Below, piece by piece: positions 17,865-25,253 of a DNA stretch of 52,810 nt; the first letter of the stretch is position 1; each line of letters opens with the position of its first letter. A program made the translations under genes and the position numbers. The DNA lies in contig DASPUH010000040.1 in NCBI GenBank assembly GCA_035622975.1, positions 1-52,810 of the forward strand, read 5' to 3'. Origin of the DNA: Candidatus Sulfotelmatobacter sp. GTDB taxonomy: Bacteria; Chloroflexota; Limnocylindria; Limnocylindrales; CSP1-4. The notes under the pieces are model-generated. The model searched no databases, was not told where the DNA came from, and saw nothing but the letters and a program-made list of their open reading frames with translations.

Positions 17865-18015
17865 GGGCTGGCTTCGCTCGTGCAGCTGGGGGACGAAAGT
17901 CCTGCCATCGGGTCGGTCCGATGGTACCGCCGGCCCCCGGGACCCGCCATCGGTCGAACCATACAGGTGGTGCGTGCGCGAACCCCGGCGCCGGCGCCGC
18001 GCGGAGCGTGGTCCG

Positions 18016-18045
18016 TTGCCTCCCGATGGCCTCGTCTGCTAGCCT
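18016..18045 (+). promoter_or_regulatory. candidate promoter giving a leaderless Lrp transcript
   Basis: TTGCCT (18016-18021), 18 nt, TAGCCT (18040-18045). The -10 ends 6 nt before GTG 18052 and no SD is present. Confidence 0.35.
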
Positions 18046-18051
18046 CGCCCG

Positions 18052-18537
18052 GTGACTCCTGGCCGCCGGCCCGCCATCCATGCTGGCGATGACGTCTCCC
18101 TCCTGGACAAGCAGATCCTGGAGCATCTGCAGACCGACGGCCGCCGGCCGTTCACCCAGATCGCCTCCGAGCTGGGGGTCAGCGAGGCCGCCGTGCGGGC
18201 CCGCACCAACCGCCTCATCGAGCGCGGCGTGCTGCAGATCGTGGGCGTGACCGACCCCCTCAAGCTGGGCTACGACCAGATGGCGATGGTCGGTGTCAGG
18301 TGCCGCGGCGACCAGCTCGTCGAGGCGGCGGAGGCCATCGGCCGCCTGCCGGAGGTCATCTACGTCGTCATCACCGCCGGGGCCTTCGACCTGATGGTCG
18401 AGACCGTGTGCGAGGACAACGAAGCCCTCCTGCGGTTCCTGTCGGAGAAGCTGCGCAAGGTACCGGGCGTCGAATCGACCGAGACGTTCGTCTACCTGCG
18501 GATCGTCAAGCAGACGTACCAGTGGGGCAGCCACTAG
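18052..18537 (+). CDS. Lrp/AsnC-family transcriptional regulator
   Basis: 161 aa. N-terminal HTH (LDKQILEHLQTDGRRPFTQIASELGVSEAAVRARTNRLIERGVL) plus a C-terminal RAM/AsnC_trans_reg-like domain. Confidence 0.9.
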   Translation: MTPGRRPAIHAGDDVSLLDKQILEHLQTDGRRPFTQIASELGVSEAAVRARTNRLIERGVLQIVGVTDPLKLGYDQMAMVGVRCRGDQLVEAAEAIGRLPEVIYVVITAGAFDLMVETVCEDNEALLRFLSEKLRKVPGVESTETFVYLRIVKQTYQWGSH

Positions 18538-18549
18538 CCGCCCGCCGGA

Positions 18550-19155
18550 TCAGGTGGACGACGGCAAGGGGGAGGACGGGGGCAGCGTCGGGGTCGCGGC
18601 TGGCGGTGGGGTACTGGCCCGCTGGACCGATCGCTCGGACAGCTGGCCCAGGAGCGCCTGCAACGTATCCGCCAGCCGCTGGGCGGTCGCCGAGAGCGTG
18701 GCGTCCGGCAGCGGTGGCTTCTTGCCCGTGGTCGACGGCCCGAATTCGACCACGATGTTGGTCCCCGCGAAGGTGAAGACGGGCTGGCCGGCGTCCGGCG
18801 CCGTCCCGTCCCGGAAGGGGTACAGCTTGGCCCGGCCAAGGTCCGAGGCGTAGCCCAGGATGGCCAGCGGCTGGCCGGCCAGCGTGGCGTTGATGCGCTC
18901 GACCGGGTCGGTGGCTGCCACCCCAGCGACCGAGTCGGTGCCCACCAGCGTGAGGCCCGCCACGCGCAGGGCGCGAAAGACGTCGGGCGCGGTCGTCGGG
19001 TCACTCAAGCGTGGTGGCGGAGTGGGCGCGCTGCCCACCGTCGCGGCCGGCGATGCGGTGGGCGCGCTGCCACAACCGGCCACCATGAGGCCGGCCAGGA
19101 GCAGCACCACCCCGATCGAACGGGCCGCCCGCGAGGGTCGGCGATCTCGATCCAC
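18550..19155 (-). CDS. lipoprotein, unknown function
   Basis: Signal peptide with lipobox LLLAGLMVAGC followed by a Pro/Ala linker and a globular part of about 130 aa. I recognise no family. Confidence 0.6.
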   Translation of the reverse strand: MDRDRRPSRAARSIGVVLLLAGLMVAGCGSAPTASPAATVGSAPTPPPRLSDPTTAPDVFRALRVAGLTLVGTDSVAGVAATDPVERINATLAGQPLAILGYASDLGRAKLYPFRDGTAPDAGQPVFTFAGTNIVVEFGPSTTGKKPPLPDATLSATAQRLADTLQALLGQLSERSVQRASTPPPAATPTLPPSSPLPSST

Positions 19156-19220
19156 GCCGCGATGCTAGCAGCGGTCGACGGACCGTCTCGTGACCCGATG
19201 GTCCTGGTCCCGGCGCCGGG

Positions 19221-19808
19221 TCAGCCGCCGGAAAGCGCCCCGTCGTCGTGGGCCGAGTGACTGATGAGGAGCAACTCGACGGGTTCATCACCGACGGCGG
19301 CGACGTCGTGGGGCACGCTGGCGTCCCACAGGAGGTAGTCGCCCGGTCCCAGGTCCAGGAGATGATCGCCCTGCCTGGCCTGCAGGCGGCCGCTCAGGAC
19401 GAGATGGTGCTCTTCGCCGGGGTGGGCATGGAGCCCCGTCCGTTGGCCCGCGGCCATCGTACCGCGCACGATGCGCAGGTCCCGAGCCACCCCGCCATCG
19501 ACATCGATGAGGTCCCCTCCGCCCGGCATCGTGCGGTGGCGCTGGTCACGGGCGCGGACGACCCGTGGCGGGGGCGACGAGTCGACGAGGAACCATGCGA
19601 TCGGCACGTCCATGGCCTCCCCCATCGCCGCCAGCGTCTCCAGGGATGGTGACGCCTTGTCGTTCTCGATCTGGCTCAGGAACCCCACGTTGAGACCGCT
19701 CCGCTGCGCGACCTGGGCGAGGGTCATGTCGCGCGCACGCCGGAGCCGCCGGACCTGTGCCCCGATGGCCGGCCGACGCGCGCGCCCCGCCCCGTTCTTG
19801 CTCATCAC
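19221..19808 (-). CDS. XRE-family HTH regulator with C-terminal cupin domain
   Basis: HTH_3 (LRRARDMTLAQVAQRSGLNVGFLSQIENDKASPSLETLAAMGEAM) plus cupin (HAHPGEEHHLVLSG...). TTG 19811, GTG 19808 and ATG 19805 are adjacent in frame. GTG 19808 lies 6 nt after the candidate -10. Confidence 0.85.
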   Translation of the reverse strand: MMSKNGAGRARRPAIGAQVRRLRRARDMTLAQVAQRSGLNVGFLSQIENDKASPSLETLAAMGEAMDVPIAWFLVDSSPPPRVVRARDQRHRTMPGGGDLIDVDGGVARDLRIVRGTMAAGQRTGLHAHPGEEHHLVLSGRLQARQGDHLLDLGPGDYLLWDASVPHDVAAVGDEPVELLLISHSAHDDGALSGG

Positions 19809-19814
19809 CAACCC

Positions 19815-19843
19815 ATATTGACACGGCGAAACTCATCTGGCAA
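19815..19843 (-). promoter_or_regulatory. candidate promoter of the XRE-cupin gene (leaderless or near-leaderless)
   Basis: Minus strand reads TTGCCA (19843-19838), 17 nt, CAATAT (19820-19815), then GGGTTG-GTG-ATG. Lies in the most AT-rich stretch of the window. Confidence 0.4.
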
Positions 19844-19846
19844 GAT
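19818..19846 (+). promoter_or_regulatory. candidate promoter of the F420-type reductase/VOC pair
   Basis: TTGACA (19818-19823), 17 nt, CAAGAT (19841-19846). The downstream gene has its own SD (AGGAGA, 8 nt before ATG 19904). The imperfect palindrome CATCTgGCaAGATG (19834-19847) overlaps this -10 and the opposing -35. Confidence 0.3.
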
Positions 19847-19903
19847 GGCTACTGACAATACAAGTCACACCACAGCAAACAGTGGCCCACAGGAGAACGA
19901 TCC

Positions 19904-20536
19904 ATGAAGCTCGCCATCATCGGAGCCGGCAACGTCGGCCAGGCACTCGCCGGGGCGGCCGTCCGGGCCGGCCATGCGGTCCGCATCAGCGCCGCGCATG
20001 CTGAACATGCCCAGGCCGCCGCGGCTGCGACCGGCGCTACCGCCGCCGCCTCCAACCGCGCCGCGCTCGAGGGCGCCGACGTGGTCCTGCTCGCCGTTCC
20101 CGGTACCGCCTTCCCGGCGCTCGTCCAGGAGGTCGGCCCGGCGCTGGCCGGTCGGATCGTCGTCGACACGAGCAACGTCCCCACCCCGGACCCCAGCGGC
20201 ACCCCGGCCACCTCTGCCGCGGAGGCGCTGCAGGCCCGACTGCCCGAAGCCAGGGTCATCAAGGCCTTCAACACGCTCTTCGCCTCCCGACAGGCGGCGC
20301 CGGTGGTCGAGGGCCAGGCGGTCGATGGCTACGTCGCCGGTGATGACGCGGCAGCCAAGGAAGTCGTCCTCCGGCTGGCTGAGTCGATCGGCCTGCGCCC
20401 CATCGACGTCGGCGGTCTGGTCATGGCCCGGACCCTGGAAGCCATGGCCTGGCTGAACATCAGCCTGCAGTTGCAGAACGGGTGGGCCTGGCAGACCGGC
20501 TGGCGCCTGGTCGGGCCGACCAGCAAGGCCGCGTGA
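19904..20536 (+). CDS. NADP oxidoreductase, coenzyme F420-dependent family (Npd-like)
   Basis: 210 aa. N-terminal Rossmann motif MKLAIIGAGNVGQALAGAAVRAGHAV. Length and pattern fit the F420_oxidored family. Substrate not determinable. Confidence 0.75.
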   Translation: MKLAIIGAGNVGQALAGAAVRAGHAVRISAAHAEHAQAAAAATGATAAASNRAALEGADVVLLAVPGTAFPALVQEVGPALAGRIVVDTSNVPTPDPSGTPATSAAEALQARLPEARVIKAFNTLFASRQAAPVVEGQAVDGYVAGDDAAAKEVVLRLAESIGLRPIDVGGLVMARTLEAMAWLNISLQLQNGWAWQTGWRLVGPTSKAA

Positions 20537-20543
20537 GGGAACC

Positions 20544-21050
20544 ATGACCGAGACCACATCCGTCGCGCCGGTGGCGCGCCTCAACCACGCCGTCCTCTAC
20601 GTCCGCGACGCCCAGCGGGCGGCCGAGTTCTATCGGCGCGTCTTCGGCTTCGAGGTGGTGGCCAGCGAGTTCGGTGGTCAGGCCGTCTTCATGCGGGCCG
20701 CCGGCGGCGAGAACCACCATGACCTGGGTCTGTTCAGCGTGGGCGAAACGGCCCCACGCGCTCCACGGGGCGCCACCGGCCTGTACCACCTGGCCTGGGA
20801 GGTGCCCACGATCGACGACCTGGCGACGGCCCAGCGGGTGCTGGCGGAGGCCGGCGCCCTCGGCGGGGCCAGCGACCACGGCGTGTCCAAGTCGCTCTAC
20901 GGCGCCGATCCGGACGGCAACGAGTTCGAGGTCATGTGGCGCGTGCCACGCGGGGCGTGGGGCGAGTACGAGCACCAGGGCGTGGTCAAACCGCTCGACC
21001 TGCGGGCCGAGCTGGCGCGTTGGGGCAAGGACGCGGCGGCGCGAGCCTGA
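20544..21050 (+). CDS. VOC-family protein (glyoxalase/bleomycin resistance/dioxygenase fold)
   Basis: 168 aa. LNHAVLYVRDAQRAAEFYRRVFGFEVV...HLAWEV pattern. SD GAGGGAA upstream, 7 nt after the preceding stop. Confidence 0.8.
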   Translation: MTETTSVAPVARLNHAVLYVRDAQRAAEFYRRVFGFEVVASEFGGQAVFMRAAGGENHHDLGLFSVGETAPRAPRGATGLYHLAWEVPTIDDLATAQRVLAEAGALGGASDHGVSKSLYGADPDGNEFEVMWRVPRGAWGEYEHQGVVKPLDLRAELARWGKDAAARA

Positions 21051-21056
21051 GGACCG

Positions 21057-21401
21057 TCAGGTCAGCTCGTCGGCCAGGAGATCCATCAGCAGGCCGTCGT
21101 GCCAGGTGCCGTCGGCGCCTCGCTCGTAGGAGCGAATCGCGCCACGGTCCGCACCGCGTCGGTGCCATAGCCTCGCCCGTGCGACCGTGGCGAGGAACAG
21201 GTCGATGCCCGCCCTGCGGTAGTCCGGCTCGTCGACCTCGCGGTACTGGATGCTGCCGATGATCTCGCCCTCGCGTTCGATGGCGAGCGTCCATTAGCGC
21301 GCCACGGAGGGTTCGGTGAGGATCGCGGCGAATCGCTCGGCGTCACCAGGCTGGACTGGGCGCAGGCGGACAAGGTCACCGTCGAGCGTCGGCACGGGCA
21401 T
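21057..21401 (-). pseudogene. decayed GNAT N-acetyltransferase (RimJ/RimL or AAC(6')-like family)
   Basis: From ATG 21401: MPVPTLDGDLVRLRPVQPGDAERFAAILTEPSVAR, then an in-frame TAA (21294-21296). The same frame continues WTLAIEREGEIIGSIQYREVDEPDYRRAGIDLFLATV. HGRGYGTDAVRTVARFA is readable only in another frame. The text then returns to the first frame for SYERGADGTWHDGLLMDLLADELT-stop (21057). Total span is about 115 codons against about 180-200 expected, so internal segments are also missing. Confidence 0.65.
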
Positions 21402-21451
21402 GGCGCGATGGTGCCGGGTGTCCACCTCACCCGTCCAGCGCGGCATGAGCG

Positions 21452-21526
21452 TGGTCGGGGCGGCGGGATTCGAACCCGCAACCTCGTGCTCCCAAAGCAC
21501 GTGCGCTACCGTTGCGCTACACCCCG
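21452..21526 (-). tRNA. tRNA-Pro (anticodon UGG), CCA encoded
   Basis: Minus-strand read folds as a cloverleaf: acceptor CGGGGTG/CGCCCCG, D-arm GCGC-AACGGTA-GCGC, anticodon arm CGTGC-TTTGGGA-GCACG (TGG), variable AGGTT, T-arm GCGGG-TTCGAAT-CCCGC, discriminator A, CCA. Confidence 0.9.
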
Positions 21527-21576
21527 TCGGTTGCCGAGGGCCAGCATACCCCGCCCGAAGGGGCCCCCTGCCGGCG

Positions 21577-21996
21577 TCAGGTCGACGCGCCGCCTGATCT
21601 GCCGCCCGCCTGCTTGATGCGGCGCCACCCACCCGCCCGGTTGTCGGCAACGATGGCCCGGCACATGGCGAGCAGCGCCGGTGGGTTGAGGGGCCGATCA
21701 CGGTCCACGGCGACCGTGCGGGCGGTGGCGTTGTCCTGCCCGCCGGTGACGATGCCCTCTGGATCGGGCACGAGGCCGCCGTCGTAGAGGAAGACGTTGA
21801 CGTGATCCCTGGTGGCCAGGAGCGCACAGATGTTGCCCTGGAGGACGAAGTAGGGCCGGACGCCGCGCTTGATCGTCTCGACCACCTCTGGGTCGGCCTG
21901 GTGCACCACCTCCCGAACTTCGCGGCAGATCGCAGCCTGCCAGTCGGGCAGGGCATCGATGTAGGCGTCGACGCGGGGATCCGCGACGTACGTCAC
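21577..21996 (-). CDS. DUF1801 (YdhG-like) domain protein
   Basis: 139 aa. VDAYIDALPDWQAAICREVREVVHQADPEVVETIKRGVRPYFVLQGNICALLATRDHVNVFLYDG matches the DUF1801 pattern as I recall it. Confidence 0.65.
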   Translation of the reverse strand: MTYVADPRVDAYIDALPDWQAAICREVREVVHQADPEVVETIKRGVRPYFVLQGNICALLATRDHVNVFLYDGGLVPDPEGIVTGGQDNATARTVAVDRDRPLNPPALLAMCRAIVADNRAGGWRRIKQAGGRSGGAST

Positions 21997-22008
21997 ACGA
22001 TCCGGCGC

Positions 22009-22368
22009 CTACGAACCGCCTGAGGTGACGAGGCCCGAACCGGGCTGACCCCCTATCACGACGGGTGGTAGCTGATTCGGCGTGACCGATGTCGAGTGAT
22101 GATGGCGCTGCCCGGTGCCGGACCCGGAACCGTCCGTCACCGGCGGCAGGGTCGGCGCGGTGTCGACGGCGGCGGGGCCGGTCTGCGCGACGGGCGCAGC
22201 CGTGGGGGCCGGCCGGCCCGGATCGTTGACGGCGGCGGCGCCGCCCAGGACCACCGTGCCGGCCGTGCCGAAGACCGCCGCGCCGACGGTCAGGCGGCGC
22301 AGACGGCGGACGCCGGCGTCCCGTGCTCGCACGGCCGGCGACGCGTACCGACGGATGGTTCGAGTCAT
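22009..22368 (-). CDS. small secreted or membrane-anchored protein, unknown function
   Basis: 119 aa with a basic N-terminus, then a hydrophobic span (LTVGAAVFGTAGTVVLGGAAA), then a Pro/Thr/Gly-rich tail. Coding status rests only on ORF length and signal-like N-terminus. Confidence 0.4.
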   Translation of the reverse strand: MTRTIRRYASPAVRARDAGVRRLRRLTVGAAVFGTAGTVVLGGAAAVNDPGRPAPTAAPVAQTGPAAVDTAPTLPPVTDGSGSGTGQRHHHSTSVTPNQLPPVVIGGQPGSGLVTSGGS

Positions 22369-22437
22369 CGTTCGCTGAGGCTAGGCCCCGTGGCCGGCCC
22401 CGTCAACGACACCCGGTGCCTGGTTAAGAAGGCTTAC

Positions 22438-22454
22438 GCGCGGCTTAGCCGCGC
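22438..22454 (-). terminator. candidate stem-loop terminator after the deacetylase gene
   Basis: GCGCGGC-TTA-GCCGCGC (7-bp GC stem, 3-nt loop) 13 nt past the stop at 22467. Followed on the minus strand by the relatively T-rich GTAAGCCTTCTTAACC. No clean U-tract. Confidence 0.3.
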
Positions 22455-22466
22455 CTCGCCCGCCGG

Positions 22467-23459
22467 CTACCCGAGCAGCGGGGCCAGCTGCACCCGGGCC
22501 AGCAGCGCGATCGGCGACGTCGACGGCGTGACCCTCAAGCGCGGCAGGGCATAGCGGGTCGACCACGAGGCACCAGCGCCGGGCTGCGTCGTCAAGGCGA
22601 GGCCGAAGCCGGCCTGCGCCACCTGGGTCGCCACGTCCGCGTCGTAGCGGCCCTCCGGGTAACAGAAGGTGACCGGCGCCTGGCCGACCGCCTGGGCGAT
22701 GCGGTCGGCCCCGGCCGTGATCTCGAAGGCGCGCAGCGGCGACGGGAGCAAGGGCAGGGCGTGATGGTCGAACGTGTGGTCGCCGATCTCCATCCCGGCC
22801 GCGGCGAGTGCCAGAAGCTCGCTCGGGCCGAGGAAGCGCCGGACACCGATGCGCTTGCCGATGACGTAGAACGTCGCGCGGTACCCGAAGGCCTGCAGCA
22901 CCGGCAGCGCTTCCGTGTACCCGTCCCGCCAACCGTCGTCGATGGTCACCACGAACGTCCGCGGCGCGACGGCCAGCCCGTGCTGCAGCGACGACGCCAG
23001 CTCGGCCGCGGTGATGGTCTGCCAGCCCGCTTGGCGCAGCGTCCGCATCTGGGCCGCGAACAACGCCGGGGGCACCACCAGGCCTGGCAGGCTATCGCCG
23101 GCCTGGGCCGGATCCACGATCCGGTGGTACATCAGGATCGGCACCACGACCATCCGGTCGGTCGAAGGCGCCAGACCGGGCGTGGGGACGGGCCACCGAA
23201 CCAGCTGGATGGCCGGCGGCTCGCCGCCCATGTCCGCCGCGATGGTCGGATGCCCGGCGGATGCCGCAGGCGCCGACGTGAAGGGTGGCAACGAGCCTGA
23301 AGGATGGGACGGAGAGGCAAGACCGCGCGCCACCTGCCCGGACCCGCCGCCTTGGGCCGGAGCCGCCAGCAAGCCCCGCAGGAGCGAGGCGCCACCCGCC
23401 GCCCCGATGGTGAACCAGGCACCCAGGCGCAGGAACTGCCGGCGGGTCAGCTGACTCAC
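22467..23459 (-). CDS. polysaccharide deacetylase (NodB homology domain) with twin-arginine signal
   Basis: Start set at GTG 23459 (VSQLTRRQFLRLGAWFTIGAAGG, a Tat motif). NodB motifs TIDDGWRDG and GDHTFDHH are present. The upstream 273 aa of the track ORF are junk overlapping rdgB antisense. Confidence 0.85.
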   Translation of the reverse strand: MSQLTRRQFLRLGAWFTIGAAGGASLLRGLLAAPAQGGGSGQVARGLASPSHPSGSLPPFTSAPAASAGHPTIAADMGGEPPAIQLVRWPVPTPGLAPSTDRMVVVPILMYHRIVDPAQAGDSLPGLVVPPALFAAQMRTLRQAGWQTITAAELASSLQHGLAVAPRTFVVTIDDGWRDGYTEALPVLQAFGYRATFYVIGKRIGVRRFLGPSELLALAAAGMEIGDHTFDHHALPLLPSPLRAFEITAGADRIAQAVGQAPVTFCYPEGRYDADVATQVAQAGFGLALTTQPGAGASWSTRYALPRLRVTPSTSPIALLARVQLAPLLG

Positions 23460-23472
23460 GGAAACCGAGTGT

Positions 23473-23784
23473 ATGGGGCGCTCCGGCCGCCGCGAAGCGA
23501 CGTTGCCGAATCTCAATGCCACTCTAACCGGCGCCGAGCCGCGCGACCCTACGCTGGCCGCCGTGGATGCCGGCACCGAGCTCCAGGCTGCATGGACGAT
23601 CCTCCGGGAAGCGTTGCCCGCAGGCTGGCACGTCCACCAGCCGGCGTACGACCCCGACAACCGCCGCTGGAGCGTGTGGGCCGGGGCGGGACCGCCGGTC
23701 CGGGTCATGCCGGTGCGCGGCGGTGGCGCGAGCGAGGCCGAGGCACTCGTCAACCTGGCCGTCATGCTGCGGGCGCGCCGCTGA
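23473..23784 (+). CDS. small hypothetical protein (73-103 aa)
   Basis: The only plus-strand ORF between minus-strand genes with protein-like composition (ELQAAWTILREALPAGWHVHQPAYDPDNRRWSVWA...EAEALVNLAVMLRARR). The alternative in-frame GTG 23563 lies 7 nt after a TANNNT hexamer (TACGCT 23550-23555). Confidence 0.4.
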   Translation: MGRSGRREATLPNLNATLTGAEPRDPTLAAVDAGTELQAAWTILREALPAGWHVHQPAYDPDNRRWSVWAGAGPPVRVMPVRGGGASEAEALVNLAVMLRARR

Positions 23785-23889
23785 TGCGTTGGGGCTGCGG
23801 ATGCCCCGGGCCACGGGGCCAGGGGCCAGGCCGGCGGCTTGGAGGTGGCCGTCGAGGGCGCGGGCCCTCGCGACCCCGCCTCGGGGAGC

Positions 23890-24522
23890 CTAGTAGCCCG
23901 CCGCGCGCAGGGCAGCACCCATGGCCCGCGCCGCTTTGGCTCGATGCGAGACGGCGTTCTTCTCGGCCGGTGACAAGAGCCCCACGGTGCGCCCGCCGGG
24001 CGGCTCGGTCGCCGGCTCGAAGATGGGGTCGTAGCCGAAGCCGCCCGTCCCGCGGGGAGCCTCGGCGATCCGTCCGGTGAAGGTCGCGGTGCGCACCAGC
24101 GGGGGCCCGCCCGCCACCGGATCGGCCACGAACACCAGCGCGCAGACGTACCGCGCGACACGGCGGGCGGCCGGCAGCCCATGGAGGGCCGCCAGCAGCT
24201 TGCGGTTGTTGTCCTCGTCCGAGGCCCGGTCGCCGGCGTAGCGCCGCGTCCGCACGCCCGGGCCGCCATCCAGTGCATCCACCTCCAGGCCCGAGTCGTC
24301 GGCCAGGGTGGGCAGGCCCGTCAGGTGACCATAGAAGCGGGCCTTGAGGAGGGCGTTGGCGCGGAAGGTCCGGCCATCCTCGACCGGCTCCTCGGCCACC
24401 CCCAGCTCATCGAGCGTCAGGAGCCGCGTGTGCGGCAGGTGGAGCAGGGCGACCAGCTCGGCGCGCTTGTGATGCGAACGGGTCGCCAGGACGAGGGTCC
24501 GCGGCGCCTTCCGGGCGGTCAC
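23890..24522 (-). CDS. rdgB: non-canonical purine NTP pyrophosphatase (RdgB/HAM1 family)
   Basis: 210 aa with HAM1 pattern ([45 protein letters not shown]). Start overlaps the rph stop by 4 nt. Confidence 0.9.
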   Translation of the reverse strand: MTARKAPRTLVLATRSHHKRAELVALLHLPHTRLLTLDELGVAEEPVEDGRTFRANALLKARFYGHLTGLPTLADDSGLEVDALDGGPGVRTRRYAGDRASDEDNNRKLLAALHGLPAARRVARYVCALVFVADPVAGGPPLVRTATFTGRIAEAPRGTGGFGYDPIFEPATEPPGGRTVGLLSPAEKNAVSHRAKAARAMGAALRAAGY

Positions 24523-25253
24523 GCCGCGGACTTGGCCGTCAGTGCCTGCCGCTGTGCGGCGAACAGTGCCTGGAGGCCGTCGTCGGCCAGGCCCAGCAGG
24601 CGCTCCAGGGCCGCCCGGTCGAACGGCTTGCCCTCGGCCGTGCCCTGCAGTTCGACGTAGGCGCCGCCATCAGTGCCGACGACGTTGAGGTCCACCTCCG
24701 CGTGCGAGTCCTCGCCGTAGTCCAGGTCCAGGCACGCGGTCCCGCCCACCAGGCCGACGCTGACGGCCGCGACCTGGCCGACCGCGGCTGCCTCCAGGCC
24801 GCGAGAGCGCAGGGCGAGCACGAGCGCCACGTAGCCCCCCGTGATCGAGGCCGTCCGGGTGCCACCGTCCGCCTGGAGCACGTCGCAGTCGACCATCACC
24901 GTCCGCTCACCGAGGCGGGCCGTATCGACGACCCCACGCAGGGAGCGGCCGATGAGGCGCTGGATCTCATGCGTGCGACCCCCCGGCGCGCCCTTGACGA
25001 CCTCTCGCGGCGTCCGCTCAGCCGTCGCCCGCGGGAGCATGCTGTATTCGGCCGTGACCCAGCCGGTGCCCTTGCCGCGCAGGTGCGGGGGGATGCGATC
25101 CTCGATCGTCGCGGCGCACAGGACGTGCGTGTCGCCCATGCGGATGAGGCACGACCCTTCGGCCCACTTCTGGACGCCGAGGGTCATCGACACGGCGCGC
25201 AGCTGCGTCGGCCGGCGGCCGTCGGCCCGGAACCGGGTGGCGCCGATGCTCAT
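24519..25253 (-). CDS. rph: ribonuclease PH
   Basis: 244 aa. [13 protein letters not shown]..., [33 protein letters not shown]: full-length RNase PH pattern. Confidence 0.95.
   Translation of the reverse strand: MSIGATRFRADGRRPTQLRAVSMTLGVQKWAEGSCLIRMGDTHVLCAATIEDRIPPHLRGKGTGWVTAEYSMLPRATAERTPREVVKGAPGGRTHEIQRLIGRSLRGVVDTARLGERTVMVDCDVLQADGGTRTASITGGYVALVLALRSRGLEAAAVGQVAAVSVGLVGGTACLDLDYGEDSHAEVDLNVVGTDGGAYVELQGTAEGKPFDRAALERLLGLADDGLQALFAAQRQALTAKSAA

Noticed and set aside
18550-21526. Genomic island integrated at tRNA-Pro (regulator, reductase, VOC, GNAT remnant)
   Set aside because: I saw no integrase, recombinase or transposase, and no direct repeat of the tRNA 3' end in the window. 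Apart from one intergenic promoter region the composition matches the flanks. I kept only the pseudogene observation.
21294-21956. 220-aa minus-strand ORF
   Set aside because: It reads straight through the tRNA-Pro gene and the 3' part of the DUF1801 gene in another frame. Only its last 35 residues (the GNAT pseudogene N-terminus) are meaningful.
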